NCBI GenBank assembly: GCA_017886645.1
Contig: JAGHJM010000012.1
Span: 1 to 49,528, forward strand
Length of the DNA stretch: 49,528 bases
Direction: 5' to 3'
Source: Clostridia bacterium
GTDB lineage: Bacteria; Bacillota; Clostridia; TANB77; CAG-508
In this document: positions 1 to 10,041 of the stretch, piece by piece
Layout: each line of letters opens with the position of its first letter
Numbering within the stretch: the first letter of the stretch is position 1
Translations under genes and position numbers: made by a program
The notes under the pieces: generated by a model
The model's input: the letters and a program-made list of their open reading frames with translations, nothing else
Told to the model about the DNA's origin: nothing
Database searches by the model: none

Positions 1-361
1 CATTCCTTTAGGTTCAATGTCTTTAAAAGCACTAAAAGAATATATGGAAGAAGCAAGACCAGTAATAATAAAAAATGAAAATGAAAAAGCTTTATTTGTT
101 AACATAAATGGAAAAAGATTGACAAGACAAGGATTTTGGAAAATTATAAAATATTATAAAGAACAAGCACATATTACAAAAGATATTACTCCACATGTTT
201 TAAGACATTCATTTGCAACGCACTTATTACAAAATGGTGCTGATTTGAAATCAATACAAACAATGCTTGGACATTCTGATATATCATCAACACAAATTTA
301 TATGCAATTTCAAGATCCAGAATTAAAAGAAATATATAAGAAAAGCCATCCAAGGGCATAA
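1..361 (+). CDS. site-specific tyrosine recombinase, XerC/XerD family (C-terminal part; 5' end lies outside the window)
   Basis: The frame of ORF 17..361 stays open to the window edge (IPLGS-MSLK...). C-terminal catalytic motifs HVLRHSFATHLL..GADL..IQ.MLGHSDISSTQIY are typical of Xer recombinases. Confidence 0.85.
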   Translation, partial: IPLGSMSLKALKEYMEEARPVIIKNENEKALFVNINGKRLTRQGFWKIIKYYKEQAHITKDITPHVLRHSFATHLLQNGADLKSIQTMLGHSDISSTQIYMQFQDPELKEIYKKSHPRA

Positions 362-379
362 TATAGCTATTAACTATAG

Positions 380-415
380 AAGCAGTAAGAATTCCAAAAA
401 ATTCTTGCTGCTTTT
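380..415 (+). terminator. rho-independent terminator after the xer gene
   Basis: 14-bp stem AAGCAGTAAGAATT / AATTCTTGCTGCTT (one G:U pair), 6-nt loop, then TTTT. Confidence 0.7.
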
Positions 416-456
416 ATAATGAAAATATTAAAATAATATTAAGCAATAAAAACTAC

Positions 457-485
457 TTGACAGTTTACAATAATAAATATAAAAT
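457..485 (+). promoter_or_regulatory. candidate sigma-A promoter for rny
   Basis: TTGACA (457-462), 17-nt spacer, TAAAAT (480-485). The AT-rich background makes -10-like hexamers common. Confidence 0.35.
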
Positions 486-583
486 ATTAATGTAGGCAAA
501 ATATATTTTTATACAAATAATAAAAATTTGTTATATATATTATGGTACATTGAAAATTAAATAGAAAGAGGTGCAAAAAGATT

Positions 584-2125
584 ATGGATATAGTAATCAA
601 TATCGCCGTTTTTCTAATCTCAGCAGTTATATTTACATTTGTTGGAATGTATATTAGAAAAAAAATTGCTGAATCTAAAATGGAAAGTGCTGAAGCAGAA
701 GCAAAGAAAATATTAGAGATTGCTAATGTTGAAGCTGAAAATAAGAAAAAAGAGGGAATCATTAAGGCAAAAGAAGAAATAATGAATGCCAGAAACGAGT
801 TAGATCAGGAGATTAGAGAAAGAAGGGGCGAAGTACAAAGCCAAGAAAAAAGATTAATTCAGAAAGAAGAAAATTTGGAAAGAAAAGTAGAAAAGATTGA
901 AAACAAAGAAAAAGAATTAGAAGGAAAAGAAAAAGAGCTTGACGATAAGAGACAAGAACTAGAACAAACAATTAATAATCAATTAAAAGAATTACAAAGA
1001 ATTTCTGGATTAACTAGAGATGAGGCAAAACAAATTTTACTTTCAGAAATGGATAAAAAACTTACTGCGGAAAAAGCACAAATAGTAAGAGAAAAAGAAA
1101 GTGAAATTAAAGAAGAGTCAGAAAAGAAGGCAAGAGAAGTAATTGGTTATGCAATTCAAAAATGTGCTGCAGACCATACTTCTGAAACAACAGTATCAAT
1201 AGTAGCTCTTCCTAATGATGAAATGAAAGGAAGAATTATTGGTAGAGAAGGAAGAAATATAAAAGCTTTAGAAACCTTGACAGGAATTGACTTAATTATA
1301 GATGATACTCCTGAAGCTGTTGTTATTTCGGGATTTGATCCATTAAGAAGAGAAGTTGCCAAAATAGCTCTTGAAAAATTGATTGAAGATGGAAGAATAC
1401 ATCCTGCAAAAATTGAAGAAATGGTTGAAAAGGCAAAAGAAGAAGTATCAGCAAGTATTAAAGAAGCAGGAGAAAGAGCTGTAATGGAAACAGGTGTAAT
1501 AGGACTTCATCCAGATATTATAAAATTACTTGGTAAGTTAAAATATAGAACAAGTTATGGACAAAATGTATTAAATCATTCTATAGAAGTATCAAATCTT
1601 GCTAGAATTATGGCAGAAGAATTAGGACTAGATCCAAAACTTGCAAGACGTGCTGGTCTTCTACATGATATAGGTAAAGCTTTAGACCATGATATGGAAG
1701 GAACACATGTTGAAATTGGTGTTGAGATATTGAAAAAATATAAAGAAAATGCTAATGTTATAAATGCTGTAGAAGCACATCATGGAGATGTAGAACCACA
1801 AACAATAGAGGCAGTATTAGTACAAGCTGCAGATGCTATTTCTGCATCAAGACCAGGAGCAAGACGTGAAACTTTAGAAACATACATTAAAAGACTAGAA
1901 GAATTAGAAAATATTGCAGACTCTTTTGAAGGGGTTGAAAAATCATTTGCTATTCAAGCTGGAAGAGAAATAAGAATTATAGTAAAACCAGAAAAAATAA
2001 CAGATGATAAAATGACACTTTTAGCAAGAGATGTAGCTAAAAAGGTAGAAGATGAAATGGAATATCCAGGACAAATAAAAATAAATCTAGTAAGAGAAAC
2101 TAGAGTAGTAGATTATGCAAAATAA
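584..2125 (+). CDS. rny: ribonuclease Y
   Basis: N-terminal TM helix, long K/E-rich coiled coil, KH domain ([15 protein letters not shown]) and HD domain (LLHDIGKA...HHGD). RBS AGAGG lies upstream. Confidence 0.95.
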   Translation: MDIVINIAVFLISAVIFTFVGMYIRKKIAESKMESAEAEAKKILEIANVEAENKKKEGIIKAKEEIMNARNELDQEIRERRGEVQSQEKRLIQKEENLERKVEKIENKEKELEGKEKELDDKRQELEQTINNQLKELQRISGLTRDEAKQILLSEMDKKLTAEKAQIVREKESEIKEESEKKAREVIGYAIQKCAADHTSETTVSIVALPNDEMKGRIIGREGRNIKALETLTGIDLIIDDTPEAVVISGFDPLRREVAKIALEKLIEDGRIHPAKIEEMVEKAKEEVSASIKEAGERAVMETGVIGLHPDIIKLLGKLKYRTSYGQNVLNHSIEVSNLARIMAEELGLDPKLARRAGLLHDIGKALDHDMEGTHVEIGVEILKKYKENANVINAVEAHHGDVEPQTIEAVLVQAADAISASRPGARRETLETYIKRLEELENIADSFEGVEKSFAIQAGREIRIIVKPEKITDDKMTLLARDVAKKVEDEMEYPGQIKINLVRETRVVDYAK

Positions 2126-2129
2126 AAAG

Positions 2130-2170
2130 AAACACTAATTAGTAATAAACTAATTAGTGTTTTATTTTTT
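2130..2170 (+). terminator. rho-independent terminator after rny
   Basis: Perfect 13-bp stem AAACACTAATTAG / CTAATTAGTGTTT followed by a T-run. Confidence 0.8.
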
Positions 2171-2241
2171 ATAATATTGTTTAATTAAAACAAATGTAGT
2201 ATTATATTTGTATATTAGATTAATATTGGGAGGAAAATAAA

Positions 2242-3015
2242 TTGAAAATTTTAGCTGTAGGAGATATTGTTGGAGAAAGCGGTTTAGAAAAATTAAAGCA
2301 GGTTTTACCAACAATAAAGGAAGAAAATAAAATAGATTTTGTTATTGTAAATGCTGAAAATGTTGCAGGCGGAATGGGAATGACTTTTAAATGTTACAAT
2401 GAATTATTAAAATTAAAGGTAGATGTAATTACAATGGGAAATCATACTTGGGCAAAAAAAGATATATTCGAAATCATTAATAACCCGATGATTATAAGAC
2501 CTGCTAATTATTCAGAGGGAGTTCCTGGACATGGATATGGAACATACGAGTGCAATGGTAAAAAGATAGTTGTTATAGACTTAATAGGTAGAACTGATAT
2601 GTCAGTACTTTCAGAAAACCCATTTACGGTAGTTGATAAAATAATAAATAAAATAAATGGTAGTGCAGACATAATAATTGTTGACTTCCATGCAGAAGCA
2701 ACAGCAGAAAAAATTGCAATGAAATATTTTCTAGATGGAAAAGTAAATGCAATATTTGGAACACATACTCATGTTCAAACTGCTGATGAAGAGGTAACAG
2801 AAAAAGGAACAGCTTATATTACTGATTTGGGAATGACAGGACCAAAACAATCAATTATTGGTATGGATGTAGAAGCATCTTTAAAAAGATTTGTTACTTC
2901 ACTTCCAGAAAGATATAAATTAGCAGAAGGAGAATGCATTTTAAATGGATGTATTTTTAGTATAAATGACGAAAATTGTCGAACAGAAAAAATAAATAGA
3001 ATATATTTGAAATAA
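2242..3015 (+). CDS. ymdB: YmdB-family metallophosphoesterase (2',3'-cyclic-nucleotide 2'-phosphodiesterase)
   Basis: TTG start 8 nt after GGGAGG. Motifs ILAVGDIVG, VNAEN, MGNH and DFHAEATAEK. It sits directly after rny, as in the Bacillus rny-ymdB-spoVS arrangement. Confidence 0.9.
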   Translation: MKILAVGDIVGESGLEKLKQVLPTIKEENKIDFVIVNAENVAGGMGMTFKCYNELLKLKVDVITMGNHTWAKKDIFEIINNPMIIRPANYSEGVPGHGYGTYECNGKKIVVIDLIGRTDMSVLSENPFTVVDKIINKINGSADIIIVDFHAEATAEKIAMKYFLDGKVNAIFGTHTHVQTADEEVTEKGTAYITDLGMTGPKQSIIGMDVEASLKRFVTSLPERYKLAEGECILNGCIFSINDENCRTEKINRIYLK

Positions 3016-3144
3016 ATGACGAAAAAGCCCAAAATAGCTCGACGAGAAGTGGTTTGAATTTTGATAAATCTATAGACAATTTCCAAAAAATGTAATATAA
3101 ATATATTTGTAAACGAAATAAAAATAAAATTATAGGAGGCAAAA

Positions 3145-3408
3145 ATGGAAATTTTAAAAATCTCATCAAAATCAAATCCAAATTCAGTAGCAGGGGCTAT
3201 TGCAGGATTGGTAAAAGAATCTGACAGGGCAGAAATGCAAGCAATAGGTGCGGGGGCACTTAATCAAGCAGTAAAGGCGGTAGCAATAGCAAGAGGATTT
3301 GTAGCACCAGCAGGAGTTGATTTAGTATGCATACCAGCATTCGCAGAAGTTGAAGTAGAGGGGGAAGACAGAACAGGCATTAAATTAATTGTTGAATCTA
3401 GAAAATAA
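3145..3408 (+). CDS. spoVS: stage V sporulation protein S
   Basis: 87 aa. MEILKISSKSNPNSVAGAIAG...AIGAGALNQAVKAVAIARGF is the characteristic SpoVS sequence. RBS AGGAGG. Confidence 0.95.
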   Translation: MEILKISSKSNPNSVAGAIAGLVKESDRAEMQAIGAGALNQAVKAVAIARGFVAPAGVDLVCIPAFAEVEVEGEDRTGIKLIVESRK

Positions 3409-3425
3409 TTTAGATAAATGTTAGG

Positions 3426-3450
3426 GGGCATGTAACAACATGCTCTTTTT
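3426..3450 (+). terminator. rho-independent terminator after spoVS
   Basis: 7-bp stem GGGCATG / CATGCTC (one G:U pair), 6-nt loop, TTTTT. Confidence 0.55.
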
Positions 3451-3542
3451 AATGTAAACTTATTATTAATAAAAATTCTTGAAAAACTTAATATTATGTT
3501 ATATTATATAAGGGTGAAAAGCGAATAATTAAGAGGTAAAAG

Positions 3543-5129
3543 ATGAAATCTAATGTTATAAAATATATTTTTATAGTTTTTATAGTTGGTATTGTAATTT
3601 TTGCTGTATACTTTTTATATAGCCAAAGCAATAAAGAAGAAAAAAACACTGAAAATACGGTAGAACATAAAACAGAATCATCAATAATAACTAATTTAAG
3701 ATTGGGAATAGCAAATTTTGATAATATCAATCCAATAGTAAGTAAAAATAAAGAAATATTAAATATTTCAACCCTATTATTTGACCCATTATTAAAAATT
3801 AGTTCAGACTATAAGGTAGAGTATTGCTTAGCAAATGAAATTGCAAAATCAGATGATACCACATATGTAGTAAAGTTAAATGATAACTTAAGATGGAGTG
3901 ATGGCACAGCAGTAACTGCAACAGATATACAATTTACAATAAATAAATTAAAAGAGGGAAATTCAAATTACTCTGAAAATGTGGCAAGAGTTAAAAATGT
4001 AGAAGTTGTAGATAATACTACTGTTAAGATATATTTAGATAGGAAGGTAGCATTTTTTGAATATAATTTAACATTTCCTATTATATCGTCTGCACAATAT
4101 AATGAAAAAGATATATCTACTGGAATTCCACTTAGTACGGGAATGTACAAAATTTCTGAAATAACAGATGAAAAAATAGAATTAGTAAAAAATGAAAACT
4201 GGAGAAACTTAGGGACAACCGAATTAAAATTAGATAATATTACTATAAAAAAATATAATTCAGTTGGGGAGATATTTAATGCGTTTAAACTTGGAAACAT
4301 AGATATAGTTAATACATCACTAACTAATATAGAAGATTATGTAGGAACAATGGGATATAACAAAAAAGAATACGAAGGAAGAGAATATGATTTTCTTGCA
4401 TTAAATTGTGAAGATACAGTTTTACAGTACAAAGAAGTAAGACAAGCTATAAGTTATGCTATAGATAAAGAATATATAATAGCAAATGTATATAATACCA
4501 CAAAAACTGTGGCAGATTTTCCAATTGATTATGGACATTATTTATATTCAGAAGATGTAGAAAAACACTCATATGATATACAGAAAGCAAGAGAAATACT
4601 AGAAAATGCAGGTTGGACATATAGATATGGAGAATGGAGAAAAACAGAAAATTATAGAACTAGAACAATCGACTTAACTATAGTGGTAGATAGTACTAAT
4701 GCAGATAGGGTAAAAGTAGCCAAATTAATTGAAGAACAATTAGAGGATATAGGAATAAACGTATATGTAAACGAAGTTACAAAAGCAGGATATGAAAGAA
4801 GGTTAGAACAAAAAGACTATGAAATAATATTAACAGGAATATATAGTTCTTACAATCCAGACTTAAGTTACTTTTATGGAGAAGATAATTTGGCAAATTC
4901 TGCAAATGAAGAAATGACAGGCTTACTTAATGAAATAAATAACATATCAGATATAAATTTATTATCAGAAAAATATAAAAGAATTTTAGAGATTGCTATT
5001 GATGATTCATCATATATTGGAATATCTAGGAACAAGAATACAGTTATATATGGTCAAAAATTAATAGGAGAGATTAGCCCAAATAATTATACAACTTATT
5101 ATAATGTGCAAAATTGGTATAGGCAGTAA
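3543..5129 (+). CDS. ABC-transporter solute-binding protein, family 5 (peptide/nickel type), N-terminally TM-anchored
   Basis: 528 aa. An N-terminal hydrophobic helix is present but no lipobox Cys. Length and layout (LRLGI..FD.INP..., LFDPLL, DLTIVV) fit SBP_bac_5. No permease or ATPase genes are adjacent. Confidence 0.7.
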   Translation: MKSNVIKYIFIVFIVGIVIFAVYFLYSQSNKEEKNTENTVEHKTESSIITNLRLGIANFDNINPIVSKNKEILNISTLLFDPLLKISSDYKVEYCLANEIAKSDDTTYVVKLNDNLRWSDGTAVTATDIQFTINKLKEGNSNYSENVARVKNVEVVDNTTVKIYLDRKVAFFEYNLTFPIISSAQYNEKDISTGIPLSTGMYKISEITDEKIELVKNENWRNLGTTELKLDNITIKKYNSVGEIFNAFKLGNIDIVNTSLTNIEDYVGTMGYNKKEYEGREYDFLALNCEDTVLQYKEVRQAISYAIDKEYIIANVYNTTKTVADFPIDYGHYLYSEDVEKHSYDIQKAREILENAGWTYRYGEWRKTENYRTRTIDLTIVVDSTNADRVKVAKLIEEQLEDIGINVYVNEVTKAGYERRLEQKDYEIILTGIYSSYNPDLSYFYGEDNLANSANEEMTGLLNEINNISDINLLSEKYKRILEIAIDDSSYIGISRNKNTVIYGQKLIGEISPNNYTTYYNVQNWYRQ

Positions 5130-5148
5130 AAAATATTTTATAAAAAGC

Positions 5149-5176
5149 TTGACAAAATAAAATAGTAAGATATAAT
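5149..5176 (+). promoter_or_regulatory. candidate sigma-A promoter for recA
   Basis: TTGACA (5149-5154), 16-nt spacer, TATAAT (5171-5176). Confidence 0.5.
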
Positions 5177-5181
5177 ATGTA

Positions 5182-5195
5182 CAAACAGATGTTTA
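5182..5195 (+). promoter_or_regulatory. possible degenerate LexA (Cheo/DinR-type) operator
   Basis: CAAACAGATGTTTA is the palindrome AAAC-N4-GTTT, lying just downstream of the -10. It matches about 10 of 14 positions of the Firmicute CGAAC-N4-GTTCG consensus. Confidence 0.3.
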
Positions 5196-5222
5196 TATTA
5201 TACAAAACAAGGAGGAAATATA

Positions 5223-6281
5223 ATGAATAACGAAAATCCAGAAAAGAAAAAAGCATTAGAAGCAGCATTAGGACAAATAGAAAAACAATTTGGTAAAGGT
5301 GCTGTTATGAAATTAGGAGACTTCACAGCAATGAATGTAGAAGCAATTCCAACAGGTGCATTAAGTTTGGATATTGCTTTAGGAATAGGTGGAATCCCTA
5401 GAGGAAGAATTATAGAAATATTTGGACCGGAATCATCAGGAAAAACAACACTTGCACTTCATATGATAGCAGAAGCACAAAAATTAGGTGGAGAGGCAGC
5501 TTTTATAGATGCAGAACATGCACTAGATCCAGTTTATGCAAAACACTTAGGTGTAGATATAGATAATTTAATAGTATCTCAACCAGATACAGGTGAACAA
5601 GCATTAGAAATAGCTGAGGCATTGGTAAGAAGTGGAGCAATTGATATAATTGTTATTGACTCTGTTGCAGCATTGGTTCCTAAAGCAGAAATAGATGGAG
5701 ATATGGGAGATTCACACGTTGGATTACAAGCAAGACTAATGTCACAAGCCTTAAGAAAACTAGCTAGTGTTATCAACAAATCAAAATCTGTTATTGTATT
5801 TATAAATCAATTAAGAGAAAAAATAGGTGTTATGTTTGGGAATCCAGAAACTACACCAGGAGGAAGAGCTTTAAAATTCTATGCATCTGTTAGAATGGAT
5901 ATAAGAAAAATAGAAACAATGAAACAAGACGGAGAAGTAGTTGGAAATAGAGCAAAAGTAAAAGTAGTAAAAAATAAAGTGGCACCTCCATTTAGAGAAG
6001 CAGAGTTTGATATTGTATATGGTAAAGGAATATCTAAAGTAGGAAATATATTAGACTTAGGTGTAAATTTAGATATAGTTAACAAGAGTGGAGCATGGTT
6101 CTCATACAATGGAGAAAGAATAGGGCAAGGAAGGGAAAATGCTAAGAAATACTTAGAAGATCATCCAGAGATAGCAAAAGAGATAGAAAAGAAAGTAAGA
6201 GATAATTTCTCAGAAGCCTTTGAGAAAAGCCTTGGTGAAGAAGAAATAGATGAAGAACAAGAAAAAGAACCAGAAGAATAA
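5223..6281 (+). CDS. recA: recombinase RecA
   Basis: [22 protein letters not shown], Walker [10 protein letters not shown], and an acidic C-terminal tail. RBS AAGGAGGA. Confidence 0.98.
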   Translation: MNNENPEKKKALEAALGQIEKQFGKGAVMKLGDFTAMNVEAIPTGALSLDIALGIGGIPRGRIIEIFGPESSGKTTLALHMIAEAQKLGGEAAFIDAEHALDPVYAKHLGVDIDNLIVSQPDTGEQALEIAEALVRSGAIDIIVIDSVAALVPKAEIDGDMGDSHVGLQARLMSQALRKLASVINKSKSVIVFINQLREKIGVMFGNPETTPGGRALKFYASVRMDIRKIETMKQDGEVVGNRAKVKVVKNKVAPPFREAEFDIVYGKGISKVGNILDLGVNLDIVNKSGAWFSYNGERIGQGRENAKKYLEDHPEIAKEIEKKVRDNFSEAFEKSLGEEEIDEEQEKEPEE

Positions 6282-6306
6282 AATAGAAAGTGTTTGAGAG
6301 TAAAAA

Positions 6307-6747
6307 ATGTATACAATAGAAGAATTTGATAAAACAAAAACAAAGATATTAAAATATATTTTTTATAAAAAAAGAACAGAAAAAGAAATTAAGCAGAAGT
6401 TTTCTTCATCAGTTGATGAAAATTTATTAGATGATGTAATAGAAAACTTAAAAGAATTGGGTTATATTAATGATTTAAGCTATGTAGAAAGAGCGGTAAA
6501 TGAATTTATTGCTATTAATACACTTTCAATAAAAGAAATAAAGTATAAATTATATTCAAAAGGTGTGGAAAGCAATCTAATAGAAGATTATATTTCAAAT
6601 AATATAGAAGAGCTTAAGGAATATGAACTTAATTGTGCAAGAAAAATTTTTTATAAAAAGCAAAATAATATGGAATATGATGATATAGTACAGTATCTTA
6701 AGAAAAAAGGATATACATCTGAAACCATAAATAATATAGAAGAATAG
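6307..6747 (+). CDS. recX: RecX-family regulatory protein
   Basis: 146 aa, immediately downstream of recA. Repeated three-helix modules with the Y(I/L)ND..Y pattern typical of RecX. Confidence 0.65.
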   Translation: MYTIEEFDKTKTKILKYIFYKKRTEKEIKQKFSSSVDENLLDDVIENLKELGYINDLSYVERAVNEFIAINTLSIKEIKYKLYSKGVESNLIEDYISNNIEELKEYELNCARKIFYKKQNNMEYDDIVQYLKKKGYTSETINNIEE

Positions 6748-6756
6748 GAGAAAATA

Positions 6757-7512
6757 ATGCAAAAAGTATTAACATTTGAAACAACTAAATATCCTATAAA
6801 AATAGATAATTTTGAAGGCCCTCTTGATTTACTATGCCATTTAATAGATAAGAATAAGGTTGATGTTTGCGATATTAAAATTAGTGAAATCACAGATCAA
6901 TATTTGGACTATATAAATGCTATGGAAGAAATGAACTTAGAAATTGCAAGTGAGTTTTTAGTTATGGCTTCTACTCTTATATACTTAAAATCTAAAAGCT
7001 TACTTCCAAAAGAAGTAGAAAACGAAGAAGAAATATCGGAGGAAGAATTAATAAGAAGAATTATAGAATATAAAAAATATAAAGAAATTTCGTTAAAATT
7101 AAAAGAGATGTTTAATGAAAACTCAAAAGTATTTTTTAAAAATCCAGACGAAGTAAAACTACCTAAACAGAAATTAGAAGTTGAATACAATAAAGAAGTT
7201 CTTACCGAAGCATATGCTTCAATAATAGAAAAGAGTAGCCAAAGACTAAATAAAAATGCCAAAAACATAGAAAAAATAGCTATTGTAGAACACTATACTG
7301 TTGCTGAAAAAGTAAAAGATATGTTTAGAGAATTAATTCACAGTAAGAAATTTGTATTTAATAAGTTATTTTCTTCTAAAAAATGTAATAGAGAAGAAAT
7401 TGTAACAGCATTTACGGGGTTATTAGAATTGTCAAGAAGAAGCAAAGTGATAACAGAACAAAATATTATTTTTGGAGATATTACAGTACAAAAAAATAAA
7501 AAAGTAAAATAA
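6757..7512 (+). CDS. scpA: segregation and condensation protein A
   Basis: FEGPLDLLCHLIDKNKVDVCDIKISEITDQYLDYI and the C-terminal FTGLLELSRR are the ScpA signature. Confidence 0.9.
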   Translation: MQKVLTFETTKYPIKIDNFEGPLDLLCHLIDKNKVDVCDIKISEITDQYLDYINAMEEMNLEIASEFLVMASTLIYLKSKSLLPKEVENEEEISEEELIRRIIEYKKYKEISLKLKEMFNENSKVFFKNPDEVKLPKQKLEVEYNKEVLTEAYASIIEKSSQRLNKNAKNIEKIAIVEHYTVAEKVKDMFRELIHSKKFVFNKLFSSKKCNREEIVTAFTGLLELSRRSKVITEQNIIFGDITVQKNKKVK

Positions 7513-7577
7513 ATGATTAAATTAATAAAATATGGAAAAACTAGTATTATGTACCATACTTCAAGGAGGTAACTTAC

Positions 7578-8234
7578 ATGATACTAGTTTTAATTTTTTT
7601 CTCAATTATTATTTTACTTATATTTATCGCATTTTTAATATTAATATCTGATTTAAAAATATATATAAAAAATATATACTTATCCAATATAAAAAAAGAA
7701 AATAATGAAAACGCAAAAAATAGTGATATAAAAATATCTTTATCAATATTTAATAAGCTAAACTTTATATCTTTAAAATTAAACAAAGATAGAATAAAAA
7801 ATATAGGAAAAAAGTTTCACATAGAAAAATTAGATATAAAGAAAATAGAAAAAGAAGTACAGCCAAAAGACTTATTACTTTTAAAAGAATTAAAAATAAA
7901 AATATCAAAATTAAATTTAGATGTAAAACTGGGAGTAGAAGATGTAATATTAACTTCATATATAATAGCACTAATATCAATATTAATATCTAACATATTA
8001 CCACATATCATAAAAAAGAATATGTATAAAAATTGTTTTTATGATATAAAGCCTATATATAAAGATAAAAATTTATACGAAATTTCTCTAAATTGTATAA
8101 TTGAAGTAAAAATGGTACATATTATCAATATGATTTATAAAATTGTGAAGAAAAGGAGAAGTGATAAAAATGAGCGAACATCCAATAGAAGGGCTTATGA
8201 CAACAGCGATGAACAGTTTGCAAAATATGGTTGA
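7578..8234 (+). CDS. hypothetical membrane protein (possibly YtfI/DUF2953-like, judged by its position upstream of ytfJ)
   Basis: RBS AAGGAGG. N-terminal TM helix, very K/I/N-rich. It overlaps the ytfJ start by 65 nt. The family assignment is tentative. Confidence 0.4.
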   Translation: MILVLIFFSIIILLIFIAFLILISDLKIYIKNIYLSNIKKENNENAKNSDIKISLSIFNKLNFISLKLNKDRIKNIGKKFHIEKLDIKKIEKEVQPKDLLLLKELKIKISKLNLDVKLGVEDVILTSYIIALISILISNILPHIIKKNMYKNCFYDIKPIYKDKNLYEISLNCIIEVKMVHIINMIYKIVKKRRSDKNERTSNRRAYDNSDEQFAKYG

Positions 8235-8787
8235 TGTGAACACTATTGTAGGAGAACCTATAGAGACCACAAACAATATAATTATTATTCCAATTTCAAA
8301 AGTTGGGTTCGGATTTGCTGCAGGTGGAAGTGAATTTAAAGGAGAAACTATAGACGAATACACGAAAAAAGATAAGGAAGAGGCTATACAATATAGACTA
8401 CCATTTGGAGGTGGTAGTGGAGCAGGAGTTTCTATTACGCCAGTAGCCTTTTTAGTAGTACAACAAAACAATGTAAAATTGTTGCCAGTATCTCATTGTT
8501 CGTCAGTAGACAAATTATTAGACTATGTTCCAGATTTAATTGAAAAATTAAATAGTTATATAAATAAAGTTATGCAAAATATGCAACAAGATAAAAAAGA
8601 ACAGAATAAAAGAAAAGAAACAATTCAAAAAGAAATAAAGGAAACATTAGAAGATATGACAGAAGTACCTTTAACAAATAAAATTAAACCACGTAGAAAT
8701 AAAATACCAAAAACTCCAGAAAATACTACTTATGAATATGAATATAATGAAATGGATGAGCAAGAAGAAAATAATTTTGATGAATAG
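8170..8787 (+). CDS. ytfJ: sporulation protein YtfJ (GerW family) with a long K/E-rich C-terminal extension
   Basis: EHPIEGLMTTAMNSLQNMVDVNTIVGEPI....IIPISKVGFGFAAGGSEF is the YtfJ/GerW core. I prefer the ATG at 8170 (after AAGGAGAA) to the GTG at 8161 in the ORF track. Confidence 0.85.
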   Translation: MSEHPIEGLMTTAMNSLQNMVDVNTIVGEPIETTNNIIIIPISKVGFGFAAGGSEFKGETIDEYTKKDKEEAIQYRLPFGGGSGAGVSITPVAFLVVQQNNVKLLPVSHCSSVDKLLDYVPDLIEKLNSYINKVMQNMQQDKKEQNKRKETIQKEIKETLEDMTEVPLTNKIKPRRNKIPKTPENTTYEYEYNEMDEQEENNFDE

Positions 8788-8806
8788 TAAAATATTACGA
8801 AAATTT

Positions 8807-8856
8807 AACAAATAGATTGAATTTATGTTACATATATTTAATCTATTTGTTTTTTA
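8807..8856 (+). terminator. terminator after ytfJ
   Basis: 12-bp stem AACAAATAGATT / AATCTATTTGTT, ~21-nt loop, TTTTT. Confidence 0.55.
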
Positions 8857-8865
8857 TGTTATAGT
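8857..8865 (+). promoter_or_regulatory. candidate extended -10 promoter for the amidoligase operon
   Basis: TG-T-TATAGT (TG at 8857-8858, hexamer at 8860-8865), immediately after the ytfJ terminator. Confidence 0.3.
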
Positions 8866-8889
8866 AGAAATTAACTAAGGAGAAATATT

Positions 8890-10041
8890 ATGAAATTTAT
8901 TGAGGGAAACAAACCTTTGGGGTTATCTGACTTATTTCAATTTGGAATAGAATTAGAGGCTTTTAATGTACATACAGGTATTCCAACGAAAGATAAGCCT
9001 AGTTTATATATGTCAAAAGAAAGTAAAGAATTTTTAAAAGAGCGTAGATGGAAAAATGCAAATATATTTGAAGAAGACTTAGTAATGCATGGAGGAGCAG
9101 AATGTGTTTCTCCTATTTTGCATGATACAGAAGAAGATTGGCAAAATCTATCTGAAGTATGTGAACATATGAAAAAATTTCCAGGGAAACATGGAGATGA
9201 AGTTGTTGCAGATGACAAATGTGGTTGTCACATACATATTGATGCAAGATCTTTAACAGGTAGAAATATACAAGAAACAGAAGGTATTACAGGAAATTTT
9301 TTAAAACTATGGGCAGAAGGCGAAGAACTAGTATATAAAATGTGTAATGATGTAGGAAGTCCAATAAGAGCAGGAGCTTTAGAGAACAAACAAAAAGGAC
9401 TTACAAGATTAGTAATGAAATTACAACATATTAAAGCAATGGCAAGTCCTACAGGTAAAAAAATAAAAAGGGATATAGAAAGAGGAACTTTAAAAGTATC
9501 TCATAAGAGGCAAAGTTTTTTAAGAAAATTGATAACCAAAAATAAACTTGATCCAAGAAGATATTCTGGATTAAATTTAACAAACATAGGAAATCCAAAG
9601 AAAAATACCGTAGAATTTAGAATAGGAAATGGTTCATTAGATTCTAATGTTATAAAACAAAATGTATTCTTGTATTCATCATTAATACAGGCTGCAAGAA
9701 CAATGACTCTTGAACCAGAAAAAAATAAAAAGCAAGTTGATGAATTTTTTCAATCAGATGTAACAGAAGAGCAAAAAGCAGATGCTTTTTTAAACTTATT
9801 ATTTCAAGATGAGCAAGATAGAAAGATATATAAAGATAGATGGGAGTCTGTAAAAGATGCTCCTGTATTTACTAGAAATCAGAGTCAGTTTGCACAAACA
9901 TTTAAGAGAGATGAATTCAAGCAAATTGCCAAAAGAACCCCAGTAACAATGGTAAAAGATGCATTTTCAAGAATGAAGGAAATGGTAGTACAACAAAAAG
10001 ATACAAAAGAAAGGGAAGGTTATAATGGATTGGAATTATGA
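8890..10041 (+). CDS. putative amidoligase (Amidoligase_2 / GCS2-like COOH-NH2 ligase fold) with a ~120-aa C-terminal extension
   Basis: Ordered motifs as I recall them for Pfam PF12224: FGIELEAF (N-terminal E-x-E), GGAECVSPIL, CGCHIHIDA, and YSGLNLTNIG....NTVEFRIGNGSLD. RBS AAGGAGAA. Not verified by a search. Confidence 0.6.
   Translation: MKFIEGNKPLGLSDLFQFGIELEAFNVHTGIPTKDKPSLYMSKESKEFLKERRWKNANIFEEDLVMHGGAECVSPILHDTEEDWQNLSEVCEHMKKFPGKHGDEVVADDKCGCHIHIDARSLTGRNIQETEGITGNFLKLWAEGEELVYKMCNDVGSPIRAGALENKQKGLTRLVMKLQHIKAMASPTGKKIKRDIERGTLKVSHKRQSFLRKLITKNKLDPRRYSGLNLTNIGNPKKNTVEFRIGNGSLDSNVIKQNVFLYSSLIQAARTMTLEPEKNKKQVDEFFQSDVTEEQKADAFLNLLFQDEQDRKIYKDRWESVKDAPVFTRNQSQFAQTFKRDEFKQIAKRTPVTMVKDAFSRMKEMVVQQKDTKEREGYNGLEL

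Noticed and set aside
2962-3025. A 14-nt direct repeat, ATAAATGACGAAAA, at 2962-2975 and 3012-3025, straddling the ymdB stop codon.
   Set aside because: It is a single short AT-rich repeat pair with no associated structure or mobile-element features. It is most simply a small local duplication or chance.
6909-7268. Antisense or alternative-frame ORFs of 60-150 aa listed in the track. Examples: 6909..7268, 8088..8471, 30486..30815, 32322..32765, 3968..4300, 12344..12631 and 13012..13302.
   Set aside because: All are embedded in, or opposite to, genes with strong homology-type motifs. They lack RBSs and are dominated by F, L, I, S and K codons, as expected by chance in this composition.
7513-8234. 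scpB, expected directly after scpA.
   Set aside because: The following ORF is a TM-containing K/I/N-rich protein without ScpB winged-helix features. scpB is presumably elsewhere. That absence from the window is not in itself evidence of anything unusual.
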